Origin: Haliotis cracherodii
Taxonomy: Eukaryota
DNA: 64,000 bases
Assembly: GCF_022045235.1 (NCBI RefSeq)
Contig: NW_027266330.1
Location: forward strand, 40,486,001-40,550,000
Reading direction: 5' to 3'
Shown: positions 62,600-64,000 of the stretch, piece by piece
Numbering within the stretch: position 1 is the first letter of the stretch
How the letters are laid out: every line of letters begins with the position of its first letter
The notes under the pieces: generated by a model
Databases searched by the model: none
What the model saw: the letters and a program-made list of their open reading frames with translations, nothing else
What the model was told of the DNA's origin: nothing
Made by a program: the position numbers and the translations under genes

Positions 62600-64000
62600 T
62601 GTCTTTTATCCCCCGTCTTCTCCCCTTTTTTCTCCCCCTTTCTTCTACCACCGTCCTCTACCCTGTCTTCTACCCCTGTCTTCTACCACCGTCTTATACC
62701 CCTGTCTTCTACCCCCGTCTTCTACCACAGTCTTCTACCCTCGTCCTCTACCACCGCCCTCTACCCCCGTCTTATACCCTGTCTTCTACCCCTGTCTTCT
62801 ACCCCTGTCTTCTACTCACGTATTCTACCCCTGTCTTCTACCACCGTCTTCTACCCTGTCTTCTACCCCCGTATTCTACCCCCGTATTCTACCCCCGTCT
62901 TATACCACCGTCTTTTACCCCCTTCCCCTAGCACCGTCCTCTACATCCGTCCTCTACCCCCGTCTTATACCCTGTCTTCTACCCTGTCTTCTACCCCTGT
63001 CTTCTACCCACGTATTCTACCCCTGTCTTCTACTCTGTCTTCTACCCCCTTCCCTAGCACCGTCCATTACCCCCGTCTTCTCCCCTGTCTTCTACACCCG
63101 TCTCCTCCCGTCTTCTACCCGTCTTCTACCCTCAGTTTTCTACCCCTGTCTTCTACCCTCCGTCCAGTCCACCACCACCTCCCCCCCCCGTCTTCTCCCC
63201 TGTCTTCTACCGTTGTCCTCTTCCACCGTCCTCCACCCTCCGTTCTCTACCCCTGTCTTCTACCCCCGTCTTCTCCCCTGTCTTCTACACCTCCGTCCAC
63301 CCCACCCCCGTCTTCTCCCCTGTCTTCTACCGTCGTCCTCTTACACCGTCCTCCACCCTCCGTTCTCTACCCCTGTCTTCTACCCCCGTCTTCTCCCCTG
63401 TCTTCTACACCTCCGTCCACCCCACCCCCGTCTTCTCCCCTGTCTTCTACCGTCGTCCTCTTACACCGTCCTCCACCCTCCGTTCTCTACCCCTGTCTTC
63501 TACCCCCGTCTTCTCCCCTGTCTTCTACACCTCCGTCCACCCCACCCCCGTCTTCTCCCCTGTCTTCTACCGTCGTCCTCTTACACCGTCCTCCACCACC
63601 GTCTTCTACCCTCCTTTCTCTAACCCCGTTTTCTCCCCTGTCTTCTACCCCAGTCTACTCCCCTGTCTTCTACCCTCCGTCCATCCCACCCCTGTCTTCT
63701 CCCCTGTCTTCTACCCCCGTCTTCTACCCCTGTCTTCTCCCCTGTCTTCTACCCCCGTCTTCTACCCTGTCTTCTCCCCTGTCTTCTACCCCCGTCTTCT
63801 ACCCTGTCTTCTCCCCTGTCTTCTACCCCCGTCTTCTACCCCTGTCCTCTACCTCCGTCCTCCACCGTCTTCTACCCCTGTCCTCTACCCTCCGTCCATC
63901 CCACTCCTGTCTTCTACCCCCGTCTTCTACCCCTGTCCTCTACCTCCGTCCTCCACCTTCTTCTACCCCTGTCTTCTACCCTCCGTCCATCCCACCCCTG
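62600..64000. repeat. Pyrimidine-rich low-complexity satellite (ccc(t/c)gtcttcta-type) with a 120-bp higher-order triplication at ~63190-63590
   Basis: The 60-nt blocks starting at 63241, 63361 and 63481 are identical. The array runs to the window edge. Confidence 0.92.

Overview
This is eukaryotic, intron-containing genomic DNA, most likely molluscan; the SINE families resemble abalone (Haliotis) repeats, which is an inference. One protein-coding gene is supported: a minus-strand SLC16/monocarboxylate-transporter-like MFS gene with five coding exons (27158->22402, 444 aa, all introns GT-AG and phase 1). The rest is repeat-dominated. About 25 kb (~40%) consists of more than 20 unrelated minisatellite arrays with 21-65 bp units, one of which flips orientation to form a large palindrome. 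The window also holds a 5'-truncated RT-RNase H (I/Nimb-like) LINE with an 11-bp TSD nested in a Penelope-like element remnant that carries a variant minimal hammerhead ribozyme. Other elements are three Tc1/mariner transposase relics, an L1/Tx1-like LINE 3' fragment, tRNA-derived SINEs, a tRNA-headless SINE-like family with a possible structured 5' end, a MITE and a 436-bp tandem duplication. All long ORFs in the track other than the SLC16 exons and the transposon relics are repeat artefacts.
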